A stretch of 64,000 bases of DNA from Vicinamibacteria bacterium (GTDB lineage Bacteria > Acidobacteriota > Vicinamibacteria > Marinacidobacterales > Marinacidobacteraceae): NCBI GenBank assembly GCA_965199715.1, contig CBDATA010000001.1, positions 32,001 to 96,000 on the forward strand, given 5' to 3'. Position 1 is the stretch's first letter. Every line of letters starts with the position of its first letter. Positions 45,875 to 57,836 of the stretch are shown here, piece by piece. The translations under genes were made by a program, and so were the position numbers. The notes under the pieces were generated by a model. It ran no database searches and was not told the origin of the DNA. It saw nothing but the letters and a program-made list of their open reading frames with translations.

Positions 45875-47206
45875 ATGAGCCCATCCCCGACCAGCCCCAT
45901 CGAGGGCCTCGAGGCCGAGCTGGTGGAGGAGCGCCAGAGCTTCCGCGCCATCCGGGTGACGATCCCCGCCGACGAGTACGAGAAGGCGACCCGCGCCGAG
46001 CTCGCGAAGATCCGCCGCAAGGTCACCATCCGCGGGTTCCGCAAGGGCAAGGCGCCGTGGACGGTGGTGGACCGGGCCTACGGCGCGGAAGCGGCCGGCG
46101 ACGCCGCGGACGCGCTGCTCAAGCAAGCCGGCGGGGAGTGCCTCGCCCGCTTCGAGCTCCGCCCGGTGGCGCCGGTGACCGCCGCCGCCGAAACCGACGA
46201 GCGGGGCGGTCCGCTCGTGGGGCGCGTCGAGGTGAGCGTCGATCCCGGGCTCGAGTCCATCGACGCGGACGGCCTCGAGGTCCGCGCCGAGACCACGCCC
46301 GTTCAGGAGGAGCAGATCCAGGCCGTGCTGGAGAACATCCGGCGCGAGCGCGCCCAGCTAGGGCCGGTGGGGCCGAAGGGTCTCGCCGACGGGGACGTCG
46401 TGGAGGCCGATCTGGAGGAGACCGAGCTCGACGAGTCGGGCGAGCCCCGCCACCGCGCGCCGCCCCGGCTCGTGCCCGGAATCCGCCTTGGAGTGGGGGA
46501 GGACCACTACCACCCCGCGCTCCACGAGGCGCTGCAGGGCGCGCGGGACGGCGACACGGTGACCGCGACCGTGCGTTTCGACGCGCGGATCCCGGACCAG
46601 GAGCGCGCCGGCCGCGCGTACCGGGTGCGCGCCACCGTGAAGCAGGCGCTCAGCCCGATTCCGCCGCCGATCGACGACGCCTTCGCGCAGGCGCTCGGCA
46701 AGGACTCGCTGCTCGCGCTGCGCGGGGACGTCCGGGATCGGCTGCGGGAAGAGAACCGGATCCGCGACGAACGGGCGCTCGACGCCCGGATTCTCGAGGC
46801 GCTGCGCGAGAAGAACCCGGTGGAGCCGCCGCCGGGGGTGGTCGAGCAGGGCGTCGAGGCCGAGGTCCGCGAGATCGCCGCGCAGTTGGCCCGGTCCGGG
46901 CGGGACGTGTCGCAGGACGAGGAAGCGTTCCGCAAGCTCATCGAGAGCGTGCGCGCCCGCGTCGAGGCCGACGTCGCCTACGGCATCCTGCTGGACACGC
47001 TGGTGAGGCAGGAGGGCATCGAGCATTCCGAGGAGGAGTTCGACGCCGCCGTGGAGGCGGAGGCCCGGGCGCGGGGCCAGTCGGCGGCCGTCGTCCGCGC
47101 CAAGATGAAGGCGCGCGACGAACTGCGCCTGAAGATCCTGCTCCGAAGAGCCGCGGCCCGGCGGTTCCTGCGCGAACGCGCCACCATTCACCGCCAGTCC
47201 CCCTGA
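45875..47206 (+). CDS. tig: Trigger factor
   Basis: [10 protein letters not shown] ribosome-binding signature, IDDAFA; upstream of clpP-clpX. Confidence 0.88.
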   Translation: MSPSPTSPIEGLEAELVEERQSFRAIRVTIPADEYEKATRAELAKIRRKVTIRGFRKGKAPWTVVDRAYGAEAAGDAADALLKQAGGECLARFELRPVAPVTAAAETDERGGPLVGRVEVSVDPGLESIDADGLEVRAETTPVQEEQIQAVLENIRRERAQLGPVGPKGLADGDVVEADLEETELDESGEPRHRAPPRLVPGIRLGVGEDHYHPALHEALQGARDGDTVTATVRFDARIPDQERAGRAYRVRATVKQALSPIPPPIDDAFAQALGKDSLLALRGDVRDRLREENRIRDERALDARILEALREKNPVEPPPGVVEQGVEAEVREIAAQLARSGRDVSQDEEAFRKLIESVRARVEADVAYGILLDTLVRQEGIEHSEEEFDAAVEAEARARGQSAAVVRAKMKARDELRLKILLRRAAARRFLRERATIHRQSP

Positions 47207-47211
47207 CCCCC

Positions 47212-47805
47212 ATGCCCAGCAACCTTCTCATCCCCCACGTCATAGAGCAGACCGGCCGCGGCGAGCGCGCCTACGACATCTACTCGCGGCTGCTCAAGGA
47301 CAACATCATCTTCATCGGGGACCAGATCGACGACCCGCTCGCGAACCTCGTGGTGGCCCAGCTCCTCTACCTCGAAGCCGAGGACCCGGAGAAGGAAATC
47401 TCCGTGTACCTCAACTGTCCGGGCGGATCGGTGACCGCCGGTCTCGCGATCTACGACACGCTGCGGTTCATCCGCCCCGACGTGACCACCTACTGCCTGG
47501 GGCAGGCGTCCAGCATGGGCGCGGTGCTGCTCGCCGCGGGCGCTCCGGGCAAGCGGCACGCGCTCCCGAACGCGACCGTGATGATCCACCAGCCGCTCGG
47601 CGGCGCGCGGGGCACCGCCGCGGACATCCAGATCCAGGCCAACGAGATCGTCCGCGTCCGGACCCGGCTGACCGCGATCCTCGCGCACCACACCGGGCGC
47701 CCGGCCGGGGAGATCGCCCGGGACATCGACCGCGATCGGTTCATGACCGCCGACGAGGCGCGCGATTACGGGATCGTGGACCACGTCATCGCCCGGCGCT
47801 CCTGA
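47212..47805 (+). CDS. clpP: ATP-dependent Clp protease proteolytic subunit
   Basis: [28 protein letters not shown]. Confidence 0.95.
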   Translation: MPSNLLIPHVIEQTGRGERAYDIYSRLLKDNIIFIGDQIDDPLANLVVAQLLYLEAEDPEKEISVYLNCPGGSVTAGLAIYDTLRFIRPDVTTYCLGQASSMGAVLLAAGAPGKRHALPNATVMIHQPLGGARGTAADIQIQANEIVRVRTRLTAILAHHTGRPAGEIARDIDRDRFMTADEARDYGIVDHVIARRS

Positions 47806-47867
47806 GCCTCGGCCGGACCGGCCGGCGCTAGAATCCGCACGGGGCGCAACGGAAAAGGAGTTCCTGC

Positions 47868-49133
<1,266 letters not shown>

Positions 49134-49166
49134 CGGGACGAGCGGATCGCGCCGGTCCACGGATCC

Positions 49167-49787
49167 ATGACCCAGGGGAAGCGGAACGCCTGCCTGCTCG
49201 GCAGCGCCGCCGGTCCGGAGGGGTTCCCGAACCCGGTCCTGCCGGAAGTGGCCTTCGTGGGGCGGTCGAACGTGGGCAAGTCCACGCTGCTGAACCGGCT
49301 GGCCGGACAGCGGGGACTGGCGCGGGTCTCGCGGACTCCCGGGCGCACGCGCCTCGTCCACTTTTTCGAAATCCCCGGCTCGCATCGCCTGGTGGACCTT
49401 CCGGGCTACGGCTTCGCCAAGGTTCCCGAAACCATGCGCGCGAGCTGGCGCAAGCTCGTGCTGTCGTACCTGGTCGGGCGGACCGGGCTCGCGCTCAGCT
49501 TGCTGCTCGTGGACCTGAGGCGCGACCCGGCGGACCTCGACCTGGCGGCGCTGGAGCTTCTTCGGCGCAGCGGCCATCCGGTCGCGATCGTCGCGACCAA
49601 GACCGACAAGCTGGGAGTCGGCGCGGCCTCGACCCGCCTGCGGAAGCTGCGGACGGAGCTCGGCGACGGCGGCAAGCGCCCGGTGATCGCGTGGTCGTCG
49701 GTCTCGAGGTCGCAGCACCCGGTCGCGCGCGGCGGGCTCGACGACATCCACCGGCTGATCTCGGGGAGGGTGGCCGCTTGGCGTTGA
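49167..49787 (+). CDS. engB: Ribosome biogenesis GTPase YihA/EngB/YsxC
   Basis: GRSNVGKS, SRTPGRT, DLPGYG, TKTDK. Confidence 0.92.
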   Translation: MTQGKRNACLLGSAAGPEGFPNPVLPEVAFVGRSNVGKSTLLNRLAGQRGLARVSRTPGRTRLVHFFEIPGSHRLVDLPGYGFAKVPETMRASWRKLVLSYLVGRTGLALSLLLVDLRRDPADLDLAALELLRRSGHPVAIVATKTDKLGVGAASTRLRKLRTELGDGGKRPVIAWSSVSRSQHPVARGGLDDIHRLISGRVAAWR

Positions 49788-51145
49788 GCGCCGGGCCGCG
49801 CCGCCCGAGGTGGCGCCGCCGCAAGGTCTTCCGCTCCGGCCCCCGGGTGCTGGAGAAGACCGCAGCCCCGGCGGTCGGCGATCTGGACGTCGCGGAGCTC
49901 GCGGCCAGGGGGCCGGAGAAGCTCCACGAGCTCGCGGCCGCGCTCGGGATCGATGCGCCCGACTCCTTCCCGAGGATCGAGATCATCCACCGCATCCTGA
50001 CCGCGCACGTGGCGCGGGGCGGCAGGGCCCTCGCCCGGGGCGCGTTCTACCGGCTCGTGGAGGGCTTCGGCTTCCTGCGCCCGCCGATCCGCTCGTACCT
50101 GCCCGGACCGAACGACGTGTACGTCTCGGCGGCGCAGATCCGCCGCTTCGGGCTGCGCGACGGAGACATGCTCCACGGCGAGATCCGCCGCCCCCGCTCC
50201 GGCGAGCGCTACTTCGGGCTGGCCGACCTGCTCGAGGTGAACGGCGCTCCCGCGGAGACCCATCCCGAGCGCGTGGAGTTCGAGAGCCTCGTGGCCCTCC
50301 ATCCGGACCGGATGATCCGGCTGGAGAACGGGCGCGAGGACCTGGCGGCGCGGATCGTGGACCTCGTGGCGCCGATCGGGGTCGGCCAGCGCGGGCTGAT
50401 CGTGGCGCCGCCGCGGGCCGGAAAGACGGTGATGCTCCAGTCCATCGCCAACGCGATCAAGCGGAACCACCCCGACATGGCGCTGTACGTGCTGCTCGTG
50501 GACGAGCGCCCCGAGGAGGTCTCCGACATGACGCGCAACGTCGGGGCCGAGGTGCTGAGCTCCACGTTCGACGAACGCGGCAGCCGGCACATCCAGGTCG
50601 CCGAGTCGCTCATGTCGCGCGCCCGGAGGCAGGTGGAGCTCGGGCGGGACGTGGTCATCCTGCTGGACTCGCTGACCCGTCTCGCCCGCGCCTACAACCA
50701 CAGCTCGGCGGCGTCCGAGGGACGACTGCTCTCGGGAGGCATGGACGCGAACGCGATCCAGCACCCCAAGCGCTTCTTCGGCGCGGCGCGCAACGTCGAG
50801 GACGGCGGCTCGCTGACCATCCTCGCGACCGCGCTGGTCGATACCGGGAGCCGTCTCGACGACCTCGTGTACGAGGAGTTCAAGGGCACCGGCAACCTCG
50901 AGATCCATCTCAGCCAGGAGCTGCTCGAAAAGCGCCTCTTCCCGGCGATTGACATCCACCAGAGCGGCACCCGGCGCGAGGAGATGCTGCTCACTCCCGA
51001 GGAGCACCGCCGGATGACCGTGCTTCGCCGGGTGGTATCCGAGATGGAGCCGGTGGACGCCATGGAGCTCGTCATCGACCGGATGAAGGCGACCGACTCG
51101 AACGCGCATTTCCTCGACTCGATGGCGCAGCAGGGCGGAAGCTGA
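49784..51145 (+). CDS. rho: Transcription termination factor Rho (start uncertain)
   Basis: GFGFLR, DVYVS..QIRRFGL, PPRAGKT, DERPEEV, LDSLTRLARAYN, EEFKGTGN; TTGA overlap at 49784. Confidence 0.93.
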   Translation: MSAGPRRPRWRRRKVFRSGPRVLEKTAAPAVGDLDVAELAARGPEKLHELAAALGIDAPDSFPRIEIIHRILTAHVARGGRALARGAFYRLVEGFGFLRPPIRSYLPGPNDVYVSAAQIRRFGLRDGDMLHGEIRRPRSGERYFGLADLLEVNGAPAETHPERVEFESLVALHPDRMIRLENGREDLAARIVDLVAPIGVGQRGLIVAPPRAGKTVMLQSIANAIKRNHPDMALYVLLVDERPEEVSDMTRNVGAEVLSSTFDERGSRHIQVAESLMSRARRQVELGRDVVILLDSLTRLARAYNHSSAASEGRLLSGGMDANAIQHPKRFFGAARNVEDGGSLTILATALVDTGSRLDDLVYEEFKGTGNLEIHLSQELLEKRLFPAIDIHQSGTRREEMLLTPEEHRRMTVLRRVVSEMEPVDAMELVIDRMKATDSNAHFLDSMAQQGGS

Positions 51146-51168
51146 TCCGCTGCTAGAATGCCCGCGCC

Positions 51169-51396
51169 ATGCGCGCCGGAATTCATCCCGAGTACAAGGA
51201 AATCCGGGTGAACTGCGCCTGCGGCCACAGCTTCACGACCCGCTCGACCCGGGGGAGCGACCTGAGCCTCGAGATCTGCTCCCAGTGCCACCCCTTCTTC
51301 ACCGGCAAGCAGCGGATCGTGGACTCGACCGGTCGAGTGGAACGCTTCCGGCAGAAGTACGGCCAGGTCCGCTCCAAGCGGGCCCGGGCCAGCTAA
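51169..51396 (+). CDS. rpmE: 50S ribosomal protein L31 (zinc-binding type)
   Basis: [29 protein letters not shown]. Confidence 0.96.
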   Translation: MRAGIHPEYKEIRVNCACGHSFTTRSTRGSDLSLEICSQCHPFFTGKQRIVDSTGRVERFRQKYGQVRSKRARAS

Positions 51397-51439
51397 CCCC
51401 CGCGGCGCAGCACCGCTTCCCCGGGGGATGGTTCCCGTC

Positions 51440-52540
51440 ATGAGCGAGAACGCGACTTCCGCCGAGTTCCTCGAGGAATCGCTGCGGGCGGCCGAGAAGC
51501 GGCTCCGGGAACTGACCGAAACGCTCCAGGATCCCGAAGTCGTGACCGATCGGGAGCGGCTTCGGAAGGCGTCGTCCGCGCACGCCGAACTCGCGCCGCT
51601 CGGGAGGGCCGCCGCCCGCCGGCGCGGTCTGCGCGAGCGGATGGAAGCGGCCCGGGCGATGATGGCCGATCCGGATCGGGAGCTGCGGGAGCTCGCCGGA
51701 GAGGACTTCGAGGAGGCGGCGGGCGCGCTCAAGAGCGTCGAGGCGGAGATCCGCCGGCTGCTGCTCCCCCGCGACCCCAACGACGAACGCAACGTGCTCC
51801 TCGAAGTGCGCGCCGGCACGGGCGGCGAGGAGGCGGCGCTGTTCGCCGGCGACGTGTTCCGGATGTACGAGCAGTACAGCCGGAGCCTCGGCTACCGGGT
51901 GGACGTGGTCTCGCGCCAGGACTCGCAGGCCGGCGGGGTGCGCGAGGTCGTCGCGGTGGTCGAGGGGCGCGGCGCCTTCAGCCAGCTCAAGTACGAAAGC
52001 GGCGTGCACCGGGTGCAGCGGGTTCCGGCGACCGAGGCGTCGGGCCGCATCCACACGTCGGCGGTCACCGTCGCGGTGCTGCCCGAAGCCGAGGACGTGG
52101 AAGTCCGGATCGAGCCGAAGGACCTGCGCATCGACACCTTCTGCTCGTCGGGACCCGGCGGCCAGAGCGTGAACACCACCTACTCGGCGGTGCGGATCAC
52201 CCACATCCCGACGGGCCTCGCGGTGAGCTGCCAGGACGAGAAGTCGCAGATCAAGAACAAGGCCAAGGCGCTGCGGGTGCTGAAGTCGCGCCTGCTGGAC
52301 GTCGCCGCCCGCGAACAGGCGCAGGCGATGGCCGAGGCGCGCCGCGGCCAGGTCGGCCGGGGCGACCGGAGCGAGAAGATCCGGACCTACAACTTCAAGG
52401 AGAACCGGGTCACCGACCACCGGATCCCGCTGACGCTGCACGCGCTTCCGGCGGTGCTCGCGGGCGGTCTGGAGGCGCTCGTGGTTCCGCTGCGCAGTTT
52501 CGAGCAGGCGGAGCAGCTTCGCGCCCAGTCCGGCGCTTGA
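51440..52540 (+). CDS. prfA: Peptide chain release factor 1
   Basis: GTGGEEAALF, HRVQRVPATE (PAT), GPGGQSVN, RSEKIRTYNF. Confidence 0.96.
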   Translation: MSENATSAEFLEESLRAAEKRLRELTETLQDPEVVTDRERLRKASSAHAELAPLGRAAARRRGLRERMEAARAMMADPDRELRELAGEDFEEAAGALKSVEAEIRRLLLPRDPNDERNVLLEVRAGTGGEEAALFAGDVFRMYEQYSRSLGYRVDVVSRQDSQAGGVREVVAVVEGRGAFSQLKYESGVHRVQRVPATEASGRIHTSAVTVAVLPEAEDVEVRIEPKDLRIDTFCSSGPGGQSVNTTYSAVRITHIPTGLAVSCQDEKSQIKNKAKALRVLKSRLLDVAAREQAQAMAEARRGQVGRGDRSEKIRTYNFKENRVTDHRIPLTLHALPAVLAGGLEALVVPLRSFEQAEQLRAQSGA

Positions 52541-53331
52541 CCGTCTGGGAGGCGCTGCGGGCGACCCGGCTCCCGCTCGCCGAAGCCGAGCTGCTGCTCG
52601 GGCGCGTGACCGGCTGGACCGCCGCGGAGCGCATCGTCCGCCGGGGGGACGCGCTCGCGGTGGCGCAGCGGCGGGCACTCGGTCGGCTGGCCCGAGCGCG
52701 CGCCCGGGGAACGCCGATCCAGCACCTCACCGGCGCGCAGGAGTTCTTCGGGGTCCCACTGGCCGCCGGGCCGGAGGCGCTGATTCCCCGCGCGGACACC
52801 GAGACGCTGGTCGAAGCCGCGCTGGAGCGGCTCGACGGCCCCGGCCTCGCGGCCGACGTCGGGTGCGGCGGCGGGGCGGTCGCAATCGCGCTCGCCGAAC
52901 GCTCCGAAGCGTGCGTCCTCGCGGTTGAGACGGCGCCCCGCGCGCTGCGGCTGGCCCGCGAGAACGTCCGGAACCGGCGCGTCCTTCTCGTCGCGGGCGA
53001 CCTTCTGACCGCCGTCCGCCCGGCGACCCTCGACCTCGTCGCCGCGAACCTTCCCTACGTCCCCAGCGCACGGATCGCCGGGCTTCCGGCGGAGATTCGC
53101 GACCGCGAGCCGCGAAACGCGCTCGACGGCGGCCCCGACGGGCTGCGCCCGCTCGCCCGGCTCGCGCCGCTCGCGTTGGGGGCGCTGAAGCCCGGCCGCC
53201 CGCTCCTCGCCGAGATCGGCGCCGGACAGGCCGCGGCCGCGGCGGAGATCCTCGGCGAGGCCGGGTTCCAGGACGTCGTCTCCCGGCCCGACATCGCCGG
53301 AATCCCCCGGGTGGTCGCCGGAGTCAGTTGA
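52537..53331 (+). CDS. prmC: Release factor glutamine methyltransferase
   Basis: LIPRADTE, DVGCGGG, ANLPY, ALDGGPDG; TTGA overlap with prfA. Confidence 0.9.
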   Translation: MTVWEALRATRLPLAEAELLLGRVTGWTAAERIVRRGDALAVAQRRALGRLARARARGTPIQHLTGAQEFFGVPLAAGPEALIPRADTETLVEAALERLDGPGLAADVGCGGGAVAIALAERSEACVLAVETAPRALRLARENVRNRRVLLVAGDLLTAVRPATLDLVAANLPYVPSARIAGLPAEIRDREPRNALDGGPDGLRPLARLAPLALGALKPGRPLLAEIGAGQAAAAAEILGEAGFQDVVSRPDIAGIPRVVAGVS

Positions 53332-54556
53332 CCCAGCCGGCGCTGAGTCCCTCCCGGTCGATCATCGCTCCGCGCAGGTACACCGACTCGATCCGGCGGG
53401 TGTTCCGGATGTCGTCGAGCGGGTTCCCGGTCAGCACGATGAAGTCGGCGCTCATCCCTTCGGCGAGCGATCCCGCGTCCTCGATCCCGAGGAATTCGGC
53501 CGCGGCGCTCGTCGCGGCCACGATCACCTCGTGCTCGGAAAGGCCCGACGCAGCCATGTCCGCCATTTCGAAGTGCGGGCGGAAGGCACCGTTTCCGTCG
53601 GTCCCGAGCGCGACCTTCATCCCCGCCCGATGGAGGCGGTTCAGGTTCCGCGCCTCGATCTCGAACGGCTCATGGCGCTCCGGACGGCGCGCGTAGGTCA
53701 TGCGCAGATCCTCGAGCGCGTCCCCCGGGATCGTGCCCGAAAGCCAGTCCACGTCCTCGAGCATGCCGCGCGCCCCCATGTTCGGGATGAGCCAGACGTC
53801 CGGGCGCGCCGCGACCATCTCGACGAACTCGTCGTCCACGTCCATGTCGCGCACGCCGTGGGCGAAGGCGTCCACGCCGGCCTCGAGCAGGCCCTTGGCG
53901 TCCTCGAGGGCGAAGATGTGGGCGGCGACGCGCAGCCCGTGGGCGTGCGCCTCCTCGATGATCGGGCCGTAGAGGTCCGGCGTCAGCTTGGGATACTGGC
54001 CGTTGCGGTCGTCCACCCAGATCTTGACGATGTCCACGCCGGCCTCGGCGAGCTCGCGGACCGCCTCCACGCCCTCTTCGGCCTCGTCGATCCAGTAGGG
54101 AACCTCGCTGCGCCCCGGCTCGGGCCGGGTGATGCCGCGTCCGGCGGTGAACGAGCGGCCCACCCCCGGGATCGTCTCGTTCCGCAGCTCGAAGGCGGCG
54201 GGGTCGTCGTCGTGGCCGAGGCTGAGCGCCGCGCTCACGCCGTAGTAGGCGCGCCGCCGCATGTCCTCGATGCGCTCCTCCCGCGTCGGGGTGAGGTGGA
54301 CGTGCGTATCGATGATCATGGGCATCAGGGTGCGCCCGTAGAGCTCGAACCGGGTGGCGTCCCGCGGCACGTCCACCGCGCCGAGCGCGCCAACCGCCGT
54401 GATCCGGTCCCGCTCCACGATCATGACCCCGCTCTCAATGGGGTCGCTACCGTCTCCCGGCACGATGCGCGGACCAAGGAACGCGATCAGATCCTCGCGC
54501 GGCGGCGAACATGCAGCCGCAAGGAGCACGAGCAGGAGCGTCAGGCGTCGGGTCAT
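53324..54556 (-). CDS. Amidohydrolase-superfamily lipoprotein (imidazolonepropionase/prolidase-like)
   Basis: RBS GGGGAGG, lipobox LAAAC; IDTHVH, VKIW, VAAH, FAHG, LGTDG, ADFIVL..NPLDDI. Confidence 0.85.
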   Translation of the reverse strand: MTRRLTLLLVLLAAACSPPREDLIAFLGPRIVPGDGSDPIESGVMIVERDRITAVGALGAVDVPRDATRFELYGRTLMPMIIDTHVHLTPTREERIEDMRRRAYYGVSAALSLGHDDDPAAFELRNETIPGVGRSFTAGRGITRPEPGRSEVPYWIDEAEEGVEAVRELAEAGVDIVKIWVDDRNGQYPKLTPDLYGPIIEEAHAHGLRVAAHIFALEDAKGLLEAGVDAFAHGVRDMDVDDEFVEMVAARPDVWLIPNMGARGMLEDVDWLSGTIPGDALEDLRMTYARRPERHEPFEIEARNLNRLHRAGMKVALGTDGNGAFRPHFEMADMAASGLSEHEVIVAATSAAAEFLGIEDAGSLAEGMSADFIVLTGNPLDDIRNTRRIESVYLRGAMIDREGLSAGWVN

Positions 54557-54615
54557 GGGAACCTCCCCGGTAACAGCCGTCCGCCCATTGTGCAACACCC
54601 GGTAGGATCGCGTCG

Positions 54616-56082
54616 ATGATCTACGTCGTGGCGGTGGGGGCGTACCTCGCGCTGCTGGTCGTCCTCGCGCTGTCCCGATCCGGACGAGCCCGGACGCAGG
54701 AACAGTTCATGGTGGCCGGGCGGGCGGTTCCATGGCAGGTGCTGGTCGGGACGCTCGTGTGCACGTGGATCGGGTCGGGCAGCCTCTTCGGCGGCGCCGG
54801 ACGAGCGTTCCGCGAGGGCTTCTCCGCCCTGTGGATGAGCGCCGGGGCGTGGGTGGGCATCGCGGTGGTGTTCTTCCTCGCCGCCCGCGTCCGCCGGATT
54901 TCCGACTACACCGTGCCCGACCTGCTCGAGCGGCGCTACCACCCGGCGGCCCGCGTGCTCGGTTCCATCGCCATCGCTACCGCCTACATGACGATCGCCG
55001 GCTACCAATTCGTCGGCGGCGGACGGCTGCTCGCGATCCTGTTCCCCGGCCTCGATCCCGACGTCGGCAAGCTGGGCGTCGCGGCGCTCGTGACGCTGTT
55101 CGCGGTGACCGCCGGGATGGTGTCCGTGATCCGGCTGGACGTCGTGAACGGCGCGCTCATCATCGTCGCGATCCTCGTGGCGGCGCCGCTCGCGCTCTCG
55201 CAGGCCGGCGGCTTCGAGGGCGTGGTCGCGGCGCTTCCCGAGACCCACTTCACCCTCACTGGGCGACTCGGAATCGCCGCGGCGCTCGGCCTCTTCCTCC
55301 CGACGATGCTGCTGCTCCTCGGCGAGGGCGGCATGTACCAGAAGTTCTTCGCCGCCCGCGACGGGTCGGCGGCGCGCAAGGCGGTTCTCGGAATGATCGT
55401 CGGGGTCATCCTGATCGAGGTGCTCATCGACGCGACGGCGGTGTTCGCCGCCGCGGGCCATTGGGACGACCCGGCGTACCGGACGGCGGACGGGTTCGTG
55501 ACCGGCGCCACCGAGACGGTGCTGCTGGCGTTCGCGCGCGACGGCTTGCCCGTGTTCGCCGGGTGCCTGCTGCTCGCCGGAGCGGTCGCGATCATCTTCT
55601 CGACCGCGACCACGTTCCTTCTGGTCCCCTCGACGAGCCTCGCCCGCGACATCTACCAGCGCTTCGTGAACCCCGACGCGAGCGACTCCCTGATGATCCG
55701 GGTCCAGCGCCTCGCCATGGTCGGCCTCGCCGGCGCCGCGTTCGTCATCACGACGTGGTTCCGGAGCATCCTCGACATGGCGCTGTACGCCTACACCATG
55801 GTCGGCGCGGCGGTGACGCCGACGCTGCTCGCGGCGTTCCTCTGGCGGCGCGCCACGCCGGCGGGAGGGGTCGCCTCGATCGCCGCCGGGATCGGCACGA
55901 CCCTCGTGTTCGGGGCGCTCGCGACCGCCGGCGTGGAGCAGGTCTGGTTCCTCCCCACCGACTACGACTACGTGATCTACCCGGCCGGGCTCGCCTCGCT
56001 CACCGGACTCGTCGCCGGAAGCCTCCTCACGCCGCCACCCGATCCGAAACAGGTCGCCCCGTTCCTGGCGCGAGATGCCTGA
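54616..56082 (+). CDS. Sodium:solute symporter (SSS family)
   Basis: About 13 TMs; QFMVAGR, TWIGSGS, TVPDLLERRY, YQKFFAARD. Confidence 0.9.
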   Translation: MIYVVAVGAYLALLVVLALSRSGRARTQEQFMVAGRAVPWQVLVGTLVCTWIGSGSLFGGAGRAFREGFSALWMSAGAWVGIAVVFFLAARVRRISDYTVPDLLERRYHPAARVLGSIAIATAYMTIAGYQFVGGGRLLAILFPGLDPDVGKLGVAALVTLFAVTAGMVSVIRLDVVNGALIIVAILVAAPLALSQAGGFEGVVAALPETHFTLTGRLGIAAALGLFLPTMLLLLGEGGMYQKFFAARDGSAARKAVLGMIVGVILIEVLIDATAVFAAAGHWDDPAYRTADGFVTGATETVLLAFARDGLPVFAGCLLLAGAVAIIFSTATTFLLVPSTSLARDIYQRFVNPDASDSLMIRVQRLAMVGLAGAAFVITTWFRSILDMALYAYTMVGAAVTPTLLAAFLWRRATPAGGVASIAAGIGTTLVFGALATAGVEQVWFLPTDYDYVIYPAGLASLTGLVAGSLLTPPPDPKQVAPFLARDA

Positions 56083-56851
56083 AGCCGCAGTCCGGGCGTT
56101 CGCCGACGGTCCGGCGGCGCGGATCGAGATGGCCTGGCCGGAGAAGCGGAACGCGCTCTCGGCCCCGATGATGGATCGTCTCGTCGGGGCGATCCGGGAG
56201 GCCGACCGCGACCCGGCGGCGCGGGCCATCGTGCTGGCTTCCACCGGAAAGGCGTTTTCCGCCGGGCACGACCTCCGGGAGCTGCGTGAACAGGATCTCG
56301 ACGGAGCGCGGGCGATCTTCGCCGCCTGCCACGAGTTGATGGCGGCGATCCGGCAATCGGACACGCCGGTCATCGCCGAAGTCCGCGGCGTGGCCACCGC
56401 CGCCGGTTGTCAATTGGTCGCGACCGCCGACCTCGCGGTCGCCTCCGATCAGGCCCGCTTCGCGACTCCGGGGGTGCGGATCGGACTGTTCTGCTCGACG
56501 CCGATGGTCGCGCTCAGCCGGGTGGTCCCGCAGAAGGCGGCGATGGAGATGCTCCTCACCGGCGACTTCGTGGACGCTCCCACCGCGCTTCGCTGGGGCC
56601 TCGTGAACCGGGTCGTCCCGGAGTCCGACCTGCGGCGTACCACGAACCAGCTCGTGGAGAAGATCGCGGCCTCAAGCCCGCGAGTCGTCGCGCTCGGGAA
56701 AGCGGCCTTCCGCCGCCAGCGCGAAATGCCGGTCGAGGACGCCTCGCGGGCCATGTCCGAAGTGATGAGCCGCAACACGGTCGGCCCGGACGCTCGCGAA
56801 GGCATGGCGGCGTTCCTCGAGAAGCGCCGCCCGGAATGGCCGTTGCAATAG
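56075..56851 (+). CDS. Enoyl-CoA hydratase/isomerase (ECHDC3-like)
   Basis: PEKRNALS, FSAGHDL, ATAAGCQL, FATPGVRIGLFCSTP, AFLEKR. Confidence 0.9.
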   Translation: MPEAAVRAFADGPAARIEMAWPEKRNALSAPMMDRLVGAIREADRDPAARAIVLASTGKAFSAGHDLRELREQDLDGARAIFAACHELMAAIRQSDTPVIAEVRGVATAAGCQLVATADLAVASDQARFATPGVRIGLFCSTPMVALSRVVPQKAAMEMLLTGDFVDAPTALRWGLVNRVVPESDLRRTTNQLVEKIAASSPRVVALGKAAFRRQREMPVEDASRAMSEVMSRNTVGPDAREGMAAFLEKRRPEWPLQ

Positions 56852-56960
56852 GGGCGGCTTGATCGCCGTCGGGCTCTTCCTCCTCGTGAGTCCGGCGCTC
56901 GGCCCGCTGCTTTACTGGCTCGTGGGAGGACTGGATCCAATACGGGCGCAAGTGCCCGGT

Positions 56961-57785
56961 TCAGGCGCGGCGCACCAGCCGGTACGCGGCCTCGCCGCCG
57001 CCCTCGTGGAACCCACGCGCCTCGTAACCCGACGCCAGAAGACGTTGGAAGGCGTGCCGGGTCTTGAGCCGCCAGTCGTGGGCCAGCCCGGCGTCGTCCC
57101 GGATCATCGCGGTGAAGTCCGTGGGAATGCCGAGCAGCACCTCCGGGGCGTCCGGAATCTCACCCATCGGGCCGCACTCCGGGTAATCGCCGCGCCTCGG
57201 AAGGAGCGCATGCACGTGCGGCAGCTCGGGGACGCCCGGGGGCGGCTTGAGCTCCCCGCGCCGCGCCCGCGCCACGCGGTCCGACTTGAGGAACCAGTCC
57301 GGCTCCAGCCGGTCCGTGGGGATCCCGCCGTGGAGCGGACTCTGGCTCTCGCCATAGACGTTCTCGCGATAGATCGATGCGACCGCGCCGAGGCGGTTGA
57401 GGTTCAGGTTCGCGTTCCGCGCCTGGAGCGGGTCGAACGTCCAGTTGACGTGGTCGAGTCCCTGCGCCAGCACCCGGTCCGCCTGCGTCCACTTGAGCGC
57501 GATCCCGATGTTCCGGCCCCGGAACTCGGGGCGCACCGCCAGCATGTGCGAGTGGTGGAGCGGCTTCCCGTCCACGAACCCCGGGAAGCTGACCACGAAG
57601 CCCGCCATCCGGTCCTCGACGAACGCCCCCGCGGAGGCCGCGCCGTAGTGGCCCATGACGGCCAGCAGACCGGCGGGGACGATGTCCAGATCCACGAATC
57701 CCCAGACCTCGCGCTCGATCGCCTCGCACTCCCGCATGTCCTCCATCCCATTCAGGTCGCGAATGCTGAAGCCCGCCGGAGCCAT
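56961..57785 (-). CDS. GNAT-family acyltransferase (COG3375-like)
   Basis: HSHMLAV, GIALKWTQ, WTFDPLQARNANLN, RENVYG, PTDRL..DW. Confidence 0.8.
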   Translation of the reverse strand: MAPAGFSIRDLNGMEDMRECEAIEREVWGFVDLDIVPAGLLAVMGHYGAASAGAFVEDRMAGFVVSFPGFVDGKPLHHSHMLAVRPEFRGRNIGIALKWTQADRVLAQGLDHVNWTFDPLQARNANLNLNRLGAVASIYRENVYGESQSPLHGGIPTDRLEPDWFLKSDRVARARRGELKPPPGVPELPHVHALLPRRGDYPECGPMGEIPDAPEVLLGIPTDFTAMIRDDAGLAHDWRLKTRHAFQRLLASGYEARGFHEGGGEAAYRLVRRA

Positions 57786-57836
57786 GGGGAAACGGCCCGA
57801 ATTCTACGGGCTCCCGGCTAGGATTCCCGTAAGCCG

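Noticed and set aside
51397-51427. GC hairpin between rpmE and prfA as terminator or riboregulator
   Set aside because: Short GC stems are common at this composition; no U-tract or recognisable motif
52537-53331. NLPY instead of NPPY in PrmC
   Set aside because: Common natural variant of the motif
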